A program made the translations under genes and the position numbers. From Chiloscyllium plagiosum (taxonomy: Eukaryota): a DNA stretch of 64,000 bases. The stretch covers positions 8,309,451-8,373,450 of the forward strand of contig NC_057749.1 of NCBI RefSeq assembly GCF_004010195.1, written 5' to 3'. Positions 37,416 through 50,213 of the stretch are shown piece after piece. Numbering within the stretch: the stretch's first letter is position 1; each line of letters begins with the position of its first letter. The notes below the pieces were generated by a model, which was given only the letters and a program-made list of their open reading frames with translations, was not told where the DNA came from and ran no database searches.

Positions 37416-38054
37416 AATATACGTCAAAAAAGAGGTTCTCGAAGAAGGGACTGGAACTTGTCAAATGCTAGCTCATGTCCACTGCCATTGATTGACAAAG
37501 TGTAATTGTGCAGCTTCAGAGAGGTTAAATAGCACTTTTATAGTCGTCCACACAACACGTGATTATGGAATGGAATTCAAATGAGCATTGACAACGAGAC
37601 AGTTTGAACTTTTGATGGTGAATGAAAGGAAATAAATAAATTAATATTTGTCAAAAAGTAAATGGGTGGAAGCTCATGCGGTCTGAGGGATGGGGTGAGA
37701 TTGGTGGTAGAGTCAGGTGACAAATGAAGTAGGGCCCGTTTTGACACCAAAATCATCTCACTCTATCTCTTACGCTTTTCACAAGCAGCATAGTGAGATT
37801 CTCACTGAACAGTAGCCAGATAACAATTGAGGATCATTATTGCCTTATTAGCAGCCCAGATCCTCTGATTCATATTCAGTGAGATACAGCTCACCACTTA
37901 CTTGAGAGAGATGCAGTTATTCAAGGAGATGAGAGTGGGTGGGCACAGCTTATACTGGCGAGATAAAGGTTGGGAGTGTCCCCAAGTGAGGGAGTCAGCA
38001 GCGCAGAGGCCACGCAGAGTTAGTAGCATTGGTGTTTGGGCTGATAAGATCAAG

Positions 38055-38587
38055 TAGCTGAATGGTTAGCACAGCTGCCTTACAGCAACAGTGAACTGGG
38101 TTCGATTCCACCTTTAGGTAACTGTCCGTGGGGAATTTGCATATTCTCCTCATGTCTGTGTGGCTCCCCTCCAGGTGCACCCACAGTCTAAAGAAGTGCA
38201 GGGTAGGTGGATTGGCCATGCTAAATTGTCCATAGTGTCCAGGGATGTGAATGTCCATCCATTCACTATCGCCGGGTTGGCAGTGTATTCCATCCATTCA
38301 CCATCGCTGGGTTGGCAGTGTATTCCATCCATTTACCATCACTGGGTTGGCAGTGTATTCCATCCGTTCACCATAACTGGGTTGGCAGTGTATTCCATCC
38401 ATTCACCATCGCTGGGTTGGCAGTGTATTCCATCCGTTTACCATCACTGGGTTGGCAGTGTATTCCATCCGTTGGAAATTGCTGTGTTATAGCGTAGAGG
38501 GGTGGGTCTGCATCGTATGCTCTTTGAAGGTGCAGTGTAGACCCGATGGACTGAATGGCCTGTTTCTACTCAGTAGGGATTCTATGA
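38055..38587 (+). mobile_element. HE1-type V-SINE containing a 35-bp tandem array
   Basis: A/B boxes and V-domain before the array, SINE tail after it. Confidence 0.8.
38254..38473. repeat. 35-bp minisatellite, array 1 (about 6.3 units)
   Basis: Unit tccatccattcaccatcgctgggttggcagtgtat, with starts at 38254, 38289, 38324 and so on. Confidence 0.95.
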
Positions 38588-38688
38588 AGTGAGGGGAGAT
38601 TGTGCAGGCAATAGTGAGCATGGCAGAGCAAGCCCACAAGATAGCAGATGCAGGGGAGCATCACTGCCTGCCAGTTATCCTCAAAGAC

Positions 38689-38889
38689 ATTCACCATCTC
38701 TGGGTTGGCAGTGTATTCCATCCATTCACCATCGCTGGTATGGCAGTGTATTCCATCCGTTTACCATCACTGGGTTGGCAGTGTATTCCATCCGTTCACC
38801 ATAACTGGGTTGGCAGTGTATTCCATCCATTCACCATCGCTGGGTTGGCAGTGCATTCCATCCATTCACCATCACTGGGTTGACAGTGT
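38689..38889. repeat. 35-bp minisatellite, array 2 (about 5.8 units)
   Basis: Same unit as array 1. Confidence 0.95.
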
Positions 38890-39621
38890 GCCGGAGGGGT
38901 GGAGAGATAAATTAGAGGGAGTGGGCCTGGATGGAAGGTAGCTGAGAGTGCGGTAAGTAGACAGAGGTGGGCAAAATGGTGATAGGTTGGAGAAGAGGAT
39001 GGAGTGGATAGGTGTTGATGATGTGTGTTTGGAGGGTCCCAAGGCGGAAGATGAGGTGTTCTTCCTCCAGTCGTCAGATGGTGAGGGTGTGGCGATGGAG
39101 GAGGCCCAGGACCCACATGTCCTTGGCAGAGTGGGAAGGGGAGTTGAAGTGTTCGGCCATGGGGTGGTAGTTGCAGAGCGCTTCAGAGAACACCTCCGGG
39201 ACACTCGCACCAACCAACCTCACTATCGCTGAAGTGTTCAGCCACGGGGTGGTGAGATTGGTTGGTGCGGATGTCCACACGGGATCAATGTGGATTTCAC
39301 CAGTTTCCTCATTTCCCCTCCCCCCACCATATCCCAGTTCCAACCTTCCAACTCGGCACTGCCCTCATGACCTGTCCTACCTATCTTCCTTCCCACCTAT
39401 CCACTCTACTCTCTTCTCCAACCTATCAACATTATGCCCACCTCCATCTACCTTTGGCATTCTCAGCTACCTTCCCCCCAGCCCCACTCCCTCTCATTTA
39501 TCTCTCCACCCCCTCGGCTCACAAGCGCATTCCTGATGAAGGGCTCTTGCCCGAAACATCAATTCTCCTGTTCCTCAGATCCTGCCTGACCTGCGTGCTT
39601 TTCCAGCATCACACTCTTGAC
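38890..39621. mobile_element. Penelope-like element 3' end (GIY-YIG C-terminus and 3' UTR) with multiple inversions
   Basis: AERFREHLRDTRTNQPH (plus), HPMAEHFNSPSHSAKDMWVLGLL (minus), GINVDFTSF then 3' UTR (plus) with CTGATGAagggctcttgcccGAAAc. Confidence 0.85.
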
Positions 39622-39704
39622 CCTTTAGTTCAACCAATCCACCCTGATCATAATCCCAAATTAAACTAGTCCCACATGTCTGTACTTGGCCCATATCTCT
39701 CACC

Positions 39705-40180
39705 AATGTTTATGGATGCACCATAGAATGCATTCTATCCAGATGCATCACAGCTTGGTATGACAACTGCTCTGCCCAGGATTGTAAGAAGCTACAAAGA
39801 GTTGTGAACACAGCCTGGTCCATCACACAAACCAGCCTTCCATCCATTGACCCCGGAAAGTTGGCAACATCATCAAAGATCCCTCCCACCCCGGTTATAA
39901 TCTCTTCCACCCTCTTCTGTCAGGCAGAAGATACAAAAGCTTAAACACACGGACCAACAGATTCAAGAACAGCTTCTTCCCCGCTGTTATTAGACTGCTG
40001 AATGTGCCTCTCAAATTTCAAATCGAATGCTCTTGCTTTTTGTGCAGCCATAACTTTGTTTTCCCACTCTGTTCAGTCACCCTTTGATCTTTGTATGGTA
40101 TGATCTGTCCGTACTGCATGCAAGACAGAACTTTTCACTGTACCCCGGTACTTGTGACAATAATAAGTCAAATCAAATCA
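39705..40180 (+). mobile_element. Rex1/Babar LINE 3' fragment
   Basis: CTIECILSRCITAWYDNCSAQDCKKLQRVV; tail (aaatc)n. Confidence 0.8.
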
Positions 40181-40785
40181 ACATTTCTTATTTATGTACT
40201 CATTCAAATGTCTTTTAAATGTTGTGACTGCATCAGCATTCATCACTTCCTCTGGAAGTTCATTCCACACATGAACCACGGAATCAATCAATAAAAACGA
40301 GCTATGTACAGAAGCAGAGATAAGTTGAGTGTGAGGTATCACACAGAAGATGTATCACTAATGACGATGTAGCAGAGAAGGGGTTTGACCTTCTTCCTAC
40401 TCTGTTGCGCATTTTTCAGGAGGACACTGACCCAGGTGGTAAACTTGGGCCAGGGTGGCATGGATCTGATCTCATGGCCTCCACTGCTGGCCCATGGAGG
40501 GAGAGAAAGTCCTGACTGTGGACAACCCATTCAGCACAACCTCCAGGTCTTTTGCAAGAATGCCAGTGAATTCCTGCATATCCAGTGAGTGGCGAGTTAC
40601 AGGTACGTGGTGAGATGGGATTTAAATCAGATGTAAAAGACTTCATGGGGCATGACAGGTAATTGACAAGGAGAGATTGGTAAGAAAACGCAAGAAAACT
40701 CAGTAAGCTTTGTGGTAAAAACCTATAAAGTAAGTTTGATGTGACTCAGATATAGCCAAAAACAGTATCATAGATTCTCTATAGT

Positions 40786-41413
40786 TCAAAGTTTGTGCGA
40801 AGATTTGTAGCTCGGGTGCTCGTTGTTGTGGTTCTGTTCGCCGAGCTGGAAGTTTTTGTTGCAAACGTTTCGTCCCCTGGCTAGGCGACATCATCAGTGC
40901 TTGGGAGCCTCCTGCGAAGCGCTTCTTTGATGTTTCCTCCGGTGTTTATAGTGGTCTGTCCCTGCCGCTTCCGGTTGTTAGTTTCAGCTGTCCGCTGTAG
41001 TGGTTGGTATATTGGGTCCAGGTCGGTGTGTTTGAACATCAACTAGCCACGAAGCGACACGACCAGCTATCCTTAGTAGCTACACACGCAGACAACAAGC
41101 AACATGAATTCGACTGGGACAACACTACTATCATAGGGCAAGCCAGACAGAGAACAGCCAGGGAATTCCTAGAGGCATGGCATTCATCCACAAACTCCAT
41201 CAACAAACACATCGACCCAGACCCAATATACCAACCACTACAGTGGACAGCTGAAACTAACAACCGGAAGCGGCAGGGACAGACCACTATAAACACCGGA
41301 GGAAACATCAAAGAAGCGCTTCGCAGGAGGCTCCCAAGCACTGATGATGTCGCCTAGCCAGGGGACGAAAAGTTTGCAACAAAAACTTCCAGCTCGGCGA
41401 ACAGAACCACAGC
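40786..41413 (+). mobile_element. Young 5'-truncated Penelope element with an inverted pseudo-LTR
   Basis: EHQLATKRHDQLSLVATHAD..HEFDWDNTTIIG..REFLEAWHS (GIY-YIG C-terminus). Inverted arms 40824-41034 and 41204-41414. TSD attctctatagt at 40774-40785 and 41414-41425. Confidence 0.92.
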
Positions 41414-41705
41414 ATTCTCTATAGTGTGGATGCAGGCCAGTCAGCCCTTCAAGTCCACAATGATCTCATTGAAAACCCACCCCTCTACCTGTAACCCTCC
41501 ATTTCCCATGGCTAATCCACCTAGCCAGCAAATCCCTGGATAATTTAGCATGGCCAATCCACCCAGCCTGCACATCGTTACACTGGGGGAGGAAACCCAT
41601 GCAAACATGGAGACTCCACACGTGTGCAAACTCCACACAGGCAGTCGCCCGAGGGTGGAACTGTACCTGAGGCAGCAGTGCTAACCACTTATCTACTGTG
41701 CCTCC
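41414..41705 (-). mobile_element. HE1-type V-SINE whose tail was the Penelope target
   Basis: The SINE tail tcatagattctctatagtgtgg is restored by removing 40786-41425. Confidence 0.8.
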
Positions 41706-42394
41706 TTAATAAGATTCCCCAGTAAGATTCAGCTCAAGAAAAAGGCATGAAGGAAGCATAAGCTTTGGAAGCAAGAGACAGGTTTTGTTCATGAGCTAGG
41801 ATATCTATAGAGGGCTGAACAGCCTCCACTGGTACCTTATTTCATTACAGCTTCAGTCTTCCTGCATATCACACAACAACAAACGCTGTCTGAAATAGGT
41901 TGAAAGTTATTTAGCTGCTTGCTAAATAATAAATACTGTTTTATCACTACTCAAAACAGCTTGGTTCTGAATCACCGACAGCTTGTTGCTCTCAAATGGA
42001 AGTGTTCGTATCGAGTAGTGGGTGGCTTGATACCATCTAGCAGTGGGTGGAGCAGTCACTAGATGACAAAATGAGAGAGAGATCATTTCGCTTAACCGAG
42101 TTTGCCAAGCCAGTAAAAAAAAACTTTCCCCCTCTCTCACAGAATCTGATCGTTTCCTAAACGATTCTGAGGGCTTTTTTTTAATACGTCCACTCTGTCA
42201 TGGTACTCAATTTTTGTTTTTAGTTGAAGGACTCTTTGATAAGTAGATCAGTAATGGTGCACCCCTCATCTCAATTATAAAACTATGTATTAGTCGTAAT
42301 AGGAAAGTGTAAGTATGTTCAGAGTGTATTCATAGTGCTTTTATAAGAGCAGGTATTATTTACTGAGACCGGTGGGTTGGCTCTTCCTGTACTG

Positions 42395-42612
42395 GAGGAG
42401 AAAGTGAGGACTGCAGATGCTAAAGATCAGAGTCGAAAGTGGCGTGTTGGAAAAGCACAGCAGGCCAGGGCAGCATCCAAGGAGCAGGAGAATCGCGTTT
42501 CGGGCATAAGCCTTTCATCCTAACGACGGGTTTATGCCCGAAACGTCGATTCTCCTGCACCTCAGATGCTGCCTGTCCTGCTGTGCTTTTCCAGTGCCCC
42601 ACTCTCGACTAT
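42395..42612. mobile_element. Fold-back pair of Penelope-type termini
   Basis: ggaaaagcacagcagg...cgtttcgggcataagcc / gggtttatgcccgaaacgtcg...cctgctgtgcttttcc. Confidence 0.75.
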
Positions 42613-43024
42613 CTCTGTATTCTACTCAATCTTCCACTACGCCTTCCCTCCTTGGTGAGACAACCAGCTAACTCTATCCTGTCCATTTGATGGCCCCATT
42701 TTAAACTGAGCTCCAGGCTCCCATTTCCCATTTATTTTGCAAAAGCCCACCCCACCGCCTGGACAAGTCTCTGTGGACTCCCAGGCAGACCCATGAGCCT
42801 AGTTTGTAACTCGCCATTTTTTTTCTTTGTTCATTCACAGGACTAGGCCAACATTTATTAGCCATAGTGGATTAAGCCTTTCTGTGCTGCATCACTTTTA
42901 TGCAGGAAGATGTGATTAGAAAGGGCATCTGGTTATCTTTGGGTTGGCATGGACAAGATGGGCTGAATGGAACCCTTTAGCATTGTATCATTTCTAGGGT
43001 TCTAAGAGTCTAACCACATATAAG

Positions 43025-43215
43025 TCAGAAATTGCTGGAAAAGCTTAGCAGGCCTGTGGAGAGAAATCAAAAGTTAATGTTTCAGGTTGAATCCCTTCAC
43101 CCGAAACATTAACTCTGATTTGTCTCCGCAGATGTTGCCAAACCTGCTGAGCTTTTCCAACAATTTCAATTTTTTTGTTTCTGATTGACAGCATCTGCAG
43201 TTCTTTAGGTTTTTT
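43025..43215. mobile_element. Fold-back pair of Penelope-type termini, inserted in a Deu-SINE
   Basis: gaaattgctggaaaagcttagc...gttaatgtttcagg / cccgaaacattaac...gctgagcttttcc. Confidence 0.7.
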
Positions 43216-44112
43216 TTAATTTCACATCTAAGTCAGACCAGGTAAGGTCAGCGGTTTCCTTCCCTAAAGTCTATCAGTGAACCAGATGAGTTTTTACAAC
43301 AATCGCCAACACTTTCACAGTCATCATTTGACTCCCAACTCCTTGGAAATTTTACTGAATTCAAATTCCACCATCTGCCATGGCAGGGTTTGAATGCAGG
43401 TCACCAGAGTAATACGCAGGGGAAGGGTTTATGCCCAAAACATCAATTTGCCTGCTTCTCCGATGCTGCCTGACCTGCTGTGCTTTTCCTGCACCACACT
43501 CTGGTCTCTGGATTAATAGTCCAGCAATAATACCAGGAGCCATCGCCTTTGGTTATTAATAGTTATTTGGTAGAACAGACCTTGAGTATTGTTGAGAACA
43601 AACGACACTTTGTTGAAACTTTACATCATGCACTCATCAGAACAATGCCCAAGAATACCAGGGAAGACAAGGCCAACATGTCAACTGTATGAGAAGAGTG
43701 TGTGGTTTGGTCAGCAAGTAAACTGATTGGATTTGTTTTCATATTTTTTTTTTGTTGACAGGCTGTAGGCATCAATGGCATTTATTGGCCTTCCCTAATT
43801 TCTACGTTGATGAACTGAATCTTCAAGTCAATCCCACACATAATATATTTGTGTTGATATCCTGAAGGAAAAGATGTGCCTTCAGAACTTTTTGTCTTCT
43901 GTTCATCAAGACGGATAAAGTCATAGAGTCATGCAGCACAGAAACAGACCCTTTGGTCCAACTCGTCCATGCCAATCAGGCATCCCAATCTCGCCTAGTC
44001 CCATTTGCCAGCATTTGGCCCATATCCCTCTAAACCCTTTCTATTATTGTACCCATGGCAAAAATGTATTAATACTAAATTTGAAATGGACCAACAATTT
44101 ATACTACTGGGG

Positions 44113-44428
44113 AGGGACGGTGACCTCACTGGTTAGCATGCTGCCTCATAGCACCAGGGAAAAGGGTTCAATTCCAGCCTTGGTTGACTGTGTGGAGTTT
44201 GCACATTCTCCCCGTGTCTGCGTGGGTTTGCTCCGGTTTCCACCCACAATCCAAAGACATGCAGGTTGGGTGAATTGGCCATGATAAATTGTCCATAGTG
44301 TTCAGGGATGTATAAGTTAGGCGCATTAGTCAGGAGTAAACGTAGGGCAGGGGGAATGGGTCAGGGTGGGTTACTCTTCAGAGGGTAGGTGTGGACATGT
44401 TGGGCTGAAAGGCTGAGGGATTCTATGA
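44113..44428 (+). mobile_element. HE1-type V-SINE
   Basis: B box ggttcaattcc and V-domain. Confidence 0.85.
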
Positions 44429-45852
44429 TATAGGAGAATGGATGGAATGTTGATTCCAATTAGTCAAAGATTTGCCATAGAAAGTTTCTCTCAGGTGGTT
44501 GTGGGTATCTGACACTCACTGCCTGAAAGGATAATAGAGATAGGAACCCTCAAATCTTTAGAGAAATATTAAGGTGAGCATCAGAATCACAAGAGCATAC
44601 AAGACGACAGGCTAAGTGCTGCAAAATGGGATTAGAAGGGATAGATGTTTGATGACCAGCACATTAGTGATGGGTCAAAGGGCCACTTTCCATGCTGTAA
44701 AAACGTTTTGAAGAATAATTTTGTTAAAAATTGATCCCGGTGCAATCTGCCAGAGCTTGGGCAGATACAATAGAAACACGAAGGAAAGCAAAGTTACCAC
44801 GGTAACTCTCTTTTTGGCTGGAGTGCCTAGGCTGAGGTCATGACTCTCAGTGAAATCTTCTGCTAAACACCAACCGTATTGAATGCAAAGTCACAATATC
44901 AAGATGGGATAAAAGGAGAAAATGAAGCCAGATATTTCTGTCATTGGCAAGTCATTTCACAGAGAGAAGCACGAGACACCTGGGAATAAACCTACCCCAT
45001 CATTGATAGCCACATTGCATTATAGGGAGCGGATACATAATGAGAATGACAGATACCATGGAAACCTTAAACAAAACAAAAGCACATGACCAGCTGCTGC
45101 ATTCTTTGCAGCCTGGATATCACCATGGCAACAGTAGGGATGTGTTGACATTCTCTGTAATTCTCCCCACTATCTCCTTGACATCGGAATCTGACTGTGG
45201 AGAGTCTTGGTCAAGGATTCTAATTGAGAAGTTCCTGCACTATTTTCCTATTAGGAACGGTGGCTCAGTGGCAGTTTTCAATCCTAGCCGTCGTAGCACA
45301 AGAGAACATTCAAACATTCAAAGTGCTTTTTCATACACCATAACACACCAAAACAGGCCATTCAACCCGTCCAGTCTGTTCTGGTGTCCATGCTTCACCC
45401 AAACCTCCTTCCTTTTCTTCCTCAGCTAAATCTAAAATCATAACCTTCTCTACTCCCTTCTCCCTCAGACACTTTGGTTCTTTATAGAGCTCTACCAGGG
45501 TCCGTTTAAACGTTGAATATTTCTGTTTTCGGTAGTGAGAAGGGTTTGAATCCTTTCCCTTTTGTTTGTTACTATTTAGCCTTCCCAGGTACCAAGCTCA
45601 AAGGAATGAGCATCACAGAATCATACAGCACAGGAGGAGGCCATTCACCCATCATGCTTATGATAACTCATTGAACGAATCAGCTCAACTATCCTGCTTT
45701 TCCCTACATCTCTTTTCTTTATGTCCTTTTGAATGATATATCCAATTTCCATTGAAAGTCACTCTTCATGTGCTTCCTCCAGCCTTTCAGACAACATATT
45801 CCAGCTTGCAACTCAATGACCTTTTCTCTGTATCGATTTGCCCAGTTTATTG

Positions 45853-46250
45853 AGGAACAAATGACTGCAGATGCTGGAATCTGTGCTGGAAAGAAAAATT
45901 GCTGGAGATCACAGCGAGTCAGGCAGCATCCATGGCGAGAGAGCAAGCTAATGTTTCGAGTCAAGATGTCCTCTTCATCAGAGTCAACATGAAGTGTGGA
46001 GGGAGGCAGCATTTATGCAATAGTTGGAGGGCTGGGGAGAAAGGGTGCTGATACAGCAGATCAAGTGATCGGAATATGAAAATGGAGAGCAATGGCCTGT
46101 GTTAACCGCCAAACTGAAAAGGACAGACAGTCCCACTGAAGTGGGGGAAGGGGAGAGAGGACAAGGTGACAGAGAATGTAACAAATAAAGCTAAAAGAAA
46201 AGGAGAGAATGCAGGTGGGTTCACAACCTGAAGGCGTTGAACTCAACTGG
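45853..46250 (-). mobile_element. Penelope-like element 3' end (ORF end, 3' UTR, terminus)
   Basis: Minus strand ..VEFNAFRL-stop, pyrimidine-rich UTR, then CTGATGAagaggacatcttgactcGAAAcatt. Confidence 0.65.
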
Positions 46251-46849
46251 TATTGCTCCAGCTTGTTTCCTGATTTATGTCCTCTGTCCTGCAACACTTT
46301 GAGGACAGTTCCAGGAAATGGTTCAGCAAAGGTCTGAGAATCAACGAGCCATTTTGCAATTGGGTGTAATATGTGTTAATTTATGCTGCTTATGTTAATT
46401 TATGTATGTTCATTTATTTTAGATATGTTAATTCACATTAACAAAATATAGTGGTTGGGCAATGTTCTCATCTTTCTCAGGCTTGTAGTTTGAGTGCACC
46501 CACGGCAATTCCCTTTAACCAAATCAATTCGACCATTACTACTTTCTGGGAGCAATAATGTCAAATTACAGCAGATTTGCCTCTGTCCAACGTTGTGGCT
46601 GCTTGCTGAGTCAAAGATGCTTCAGGGTCCAAGCATGAAGGCACATCAGTTAAGCTTCATTTACTACTCAAGGCCAGAACACAAAATAATTCATCCATTC
46701 GTCAAACCCACTAAATATCTGAGATTGTAGAGTTCCTGCAGATGTTTTCTGTTCTTTTTTGCATGGATCTGAAAGAGTTAGTATTTGAGTTTTCAAAATA
46801 AGCACCATCTTTGGTGATGGTATCAAAAGAACAGTGGGGATAAACGGTC

Positions 46850-47320
46850 GAATCATAGAGATGTACAGCACAGAAACAGACCTTTCGGTCCAGTTCGGAA
46901 GAAGGGTCACTCAACCTGAACTGTTAACTCTGATTTCTCTCCACAGATGCTAATAGACCTACTGAACTTTTCCAACAAATTCTGTTTTTGCTTCAGTTCA
47001 ACATGCTGACGAGACATCCTAATTAGTCCCGTTTGCCAGCATATGGCCCATATCCGTCTAAACCCTTCCTATTCATATATCTAACCAGTTGCCTTTTAAA
47101 TGTCACAATTGTACCAGCCTCCACCACTTCCTCTGGCAGTTCATTCCACACACGCATTACCCTCTGTGTGAAAAAGTTGCCCCTTTGGTCCCTTTTAAAT
47201 GTTTCCCCTCTCACCCTAAACCTATGCCCCTCTGGTTTTTGACTCACATAACCTGGGAAAAAGACTTTGACTATTCACCCTATTCCACGCCTCTCATGAT
47301 TTTTAAAATCTCTATAAGAT
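46850..47320 (-). mobile_element. CR1/HER1 3' end with a Penelope tail inserted at about 46893-46993
   Basis: GHRFRVRGETFKRDQRGNFFTQRVMRVWNELP. Confidence 0.8.
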
Positions 47321-47987
47321 CATACCCTATCTAGTGGAAGACAAACTTAAAGCTTTGTCCTCCTAATGGTTATTGTTGTAGTAATGCGGAGCCTGTCCAT
47401 GTAACCTGTAAATGGTTACATAGAAATACAGAAAATAGGAGCATGAGTTGAGCATACACCTCACCAAGCACTCTGCACCATTCAATATGATAATGACTGA
47501 CTGATAATCTCACCATCTTGCTTCTGACCTCTTGTTGATATTAATGGCTTCTGAAAATTTCTTTCTTTCTTGAATGTATTCAGCAACTCCGGCTCCACAG
47601 CCTTTTTGTGGTGAACAATATCACAGGTTCACCACCCTCTGTGTGAAAATATCGCTCCTCATCTCAGTCTGAAATGTCCTACTGCACATCCTGAGACTGT
47701 GACCCTTGTTTTGGACCCTTCAGTCAGCAGTAACTTCATCTCTGCATCCAGTCTGGCCGGTCATGTCTGAATTTTATACGTTTTAAGGCCATTCTTCTAA
47801 ACACCTTTGAATACAGATTCGAAAGACCCAGTCTTTCCTCGTACTAATTTGCATAGTCATACAGATGCAATAAATTGTATTTTGCTTACTCTAGAGGACT
47901 CTTCTCATTTGATCAGAAGTTGCCTACCCTCGTACACAATGGACTTCCATAAATAGAATTCTCACTTCTAAGTTGAAAAGTGCACAT

Positions 47988-48280
47988 TGAATCCCTACAG
48001 TGTGGAAGCAGGCCATTCAGCCTATCAAGTCCGCAACTACCCTCTGAATAGCAGTCTACCCCACCCCTGTAACCTTACATTCCCCACAGCCAATCCACAT
48101 CTCTGGACACTATAGCATGGCTAATCCAACTAACCTGCACATCTTTGGATTTCAGAGGAAATCTGCACCAACACAGGAAGAACATGCAAACTCCACACAG
48201 AGACTCGCTCGAAGATGGAATTCAACCCTGGTTTCTGGCACTGATAGGCAGCAGTGCTAACCACTAAGCCAATGTGCCAC
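47988..48280 (-). mobile_element. HE1-type V-SINE
   Basis: V-domain motifs. Confidence 0.8.
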
Positions 48281-50213
48281 TAACTTCAGAGCAGAAAGGA
48301 GTTCAACAACAAAAACAGTTTGTCAAGCCACAGCTGGCAGATGATTTCACAGGGTTCCGTACGTTCATGGTAAAACCTAAACAAAAAGCAGAATTTGCTG
48401 AGGTTAATGATGTTAGAATGAGTTTTTCGTTTCATTGTCAATGAGATGGCAAACTGTGACTATACTGGTTTGGCAGAAATGTTTTCCACTGCTCACTAAA
48501 CTGCAGATTCCAAGAGCCAACAAACTTTGAGATGAGTCAGAATAAAGGCAGCAACTGAACCGCTGTATCCCCCGTCCTGGAGGTTGATTTAGCTCTGTTG
48601 GCTGGATGGCTGGTTTGTGAAGCAGTTCTTCTACGCAACTTCCCCCGCTCAGAATGACAAGAGCAAAATATGCAGGGGAGGACCACCACTTAGAAGGTCT
48701 GCTCGATTTGACTGAGCGGTAGACATTTGCTGAGTCAATATTTATGAACAGTGGGCAGTGGACCAGAGAGATCTGGTGTGTTCAGGGTTAGCCAACTTCA
48801 GATCCAATCGAAGAGAATTAGGGGTGGAATCTTTTCGGGGTCTGAATAATGTGGGCAGTTTTGAGAAATGTGGCAGAATTGCAGTGAGGCCTCTTCTGAT
48901 GTTGGGACCGACACGTTAGCATGCTAATTTCTAGATGTATTGTCAAGATTCTCACTAGACGGCAGTGAGGTGTCTATAAAGGGGGATTTTTGATCAGTTT
49001 GGAAGGTGCTGACGAAGAGGCGTCCATGTTTTAGATGGTACCCATTGCTGCCACCATATGTCCGCAGTGGAGGAAATGAATGACTAAGGCAATGAAGAGC
49101 ATGGATTTGATTTACTAGGATGTGTGAGCGATCACCCAAAAGTGGAAGGAGCAACTTTTCATTGAGGAAGATAGAAAAATAGTTGTAGCAGAGCAGTGGA
49201 ACATGCGAAAGAGATATGCTGATCATGCTTTTGGCATGGCGCGATTCTGATCTCCCCCATTACTGAAATGTAAACCACAAATGTAAGAGTGAGAAAGGGG
49301 GAAAGTAGAGATTAGTAAACACCCAGACTGACATGGCGCTATGTGAGATCAGTAATGAGCACATTAACACATTTGTCTGCAATTCCTCTGTGCACCCATT
49401 GTAATAACGATTCCACTCCATTAAAGGAAGCGTCTTTATTGAGAATATGACAGGAACTTCATATGAGTGAGTTAATGCAAAAGAAGAAATTTCAACCCAC
49501 TGTGTAATAACATTCGTTACTAATATCACACAGTCAGACTTCACCATAACTGCATCAAAACAAAAACGCCAGCTACAATGAACTGCTATTACACAGTGGG
49601 CTGGATCTTATTACATTTGCCTCACAAACCACACTATCACTTTCCCAGGCAAAAACAGCGTATGTAATTTTCTTTTCCTCACGAGAGGATTGGCATGATG
49701 TTTGCAGAATATATTGCTGCTGGGAAGGTTAGATGGTTCTGCCAAGCCACCAGACTCAAACTTGGTCCAAACTTTCAAATAACAGCGAAATCCTGAGAGT
49801 GCTCGAAATCTGAAACAAAATGCAGAGGATGCTGGAGGAACTCGCAGGTCCGGGAACATCCGTCAAGAGAAAAACCAAGTCAATGTTTTGAGTTTATTGT
49901 GACGTTTCTTCAGAAGAGTGCATACTGTGCCACCTCAGTTGGTTCATTAAAGGGCACTCCTGCTCCTCCGGGGAACCTAATCCTTTCTGCTTAACGATAC
50001 CATCCGATCTGGCTGGTTAGGATTCAGTAGCAGGTGCTGCTGAGCCTACTACAGTGCAAGGCGATGACTGGGTTTTGAAAGCCAGGGGTAAAGGATGTGG
50101 TGGTGGGGAAGGGGATGAAGAACAATTGGGACATCTTCCTCCAATTAATGTACCTTCCGTTCCTCGCTTCACATCAAATCAGGTGCAAACTCTGCCTCCT
50201 TACTCTTGCTCGA

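Noticed and set aside
38254..38889. CRISPR-like 35-bp repeats and repetitive ORFs (WQCIPS, GSVFHPF, LAVYSI)
   Set aside because: Head-to-tail minisatellite; the peptides are frame-cycling translations of a 35-nt unit.
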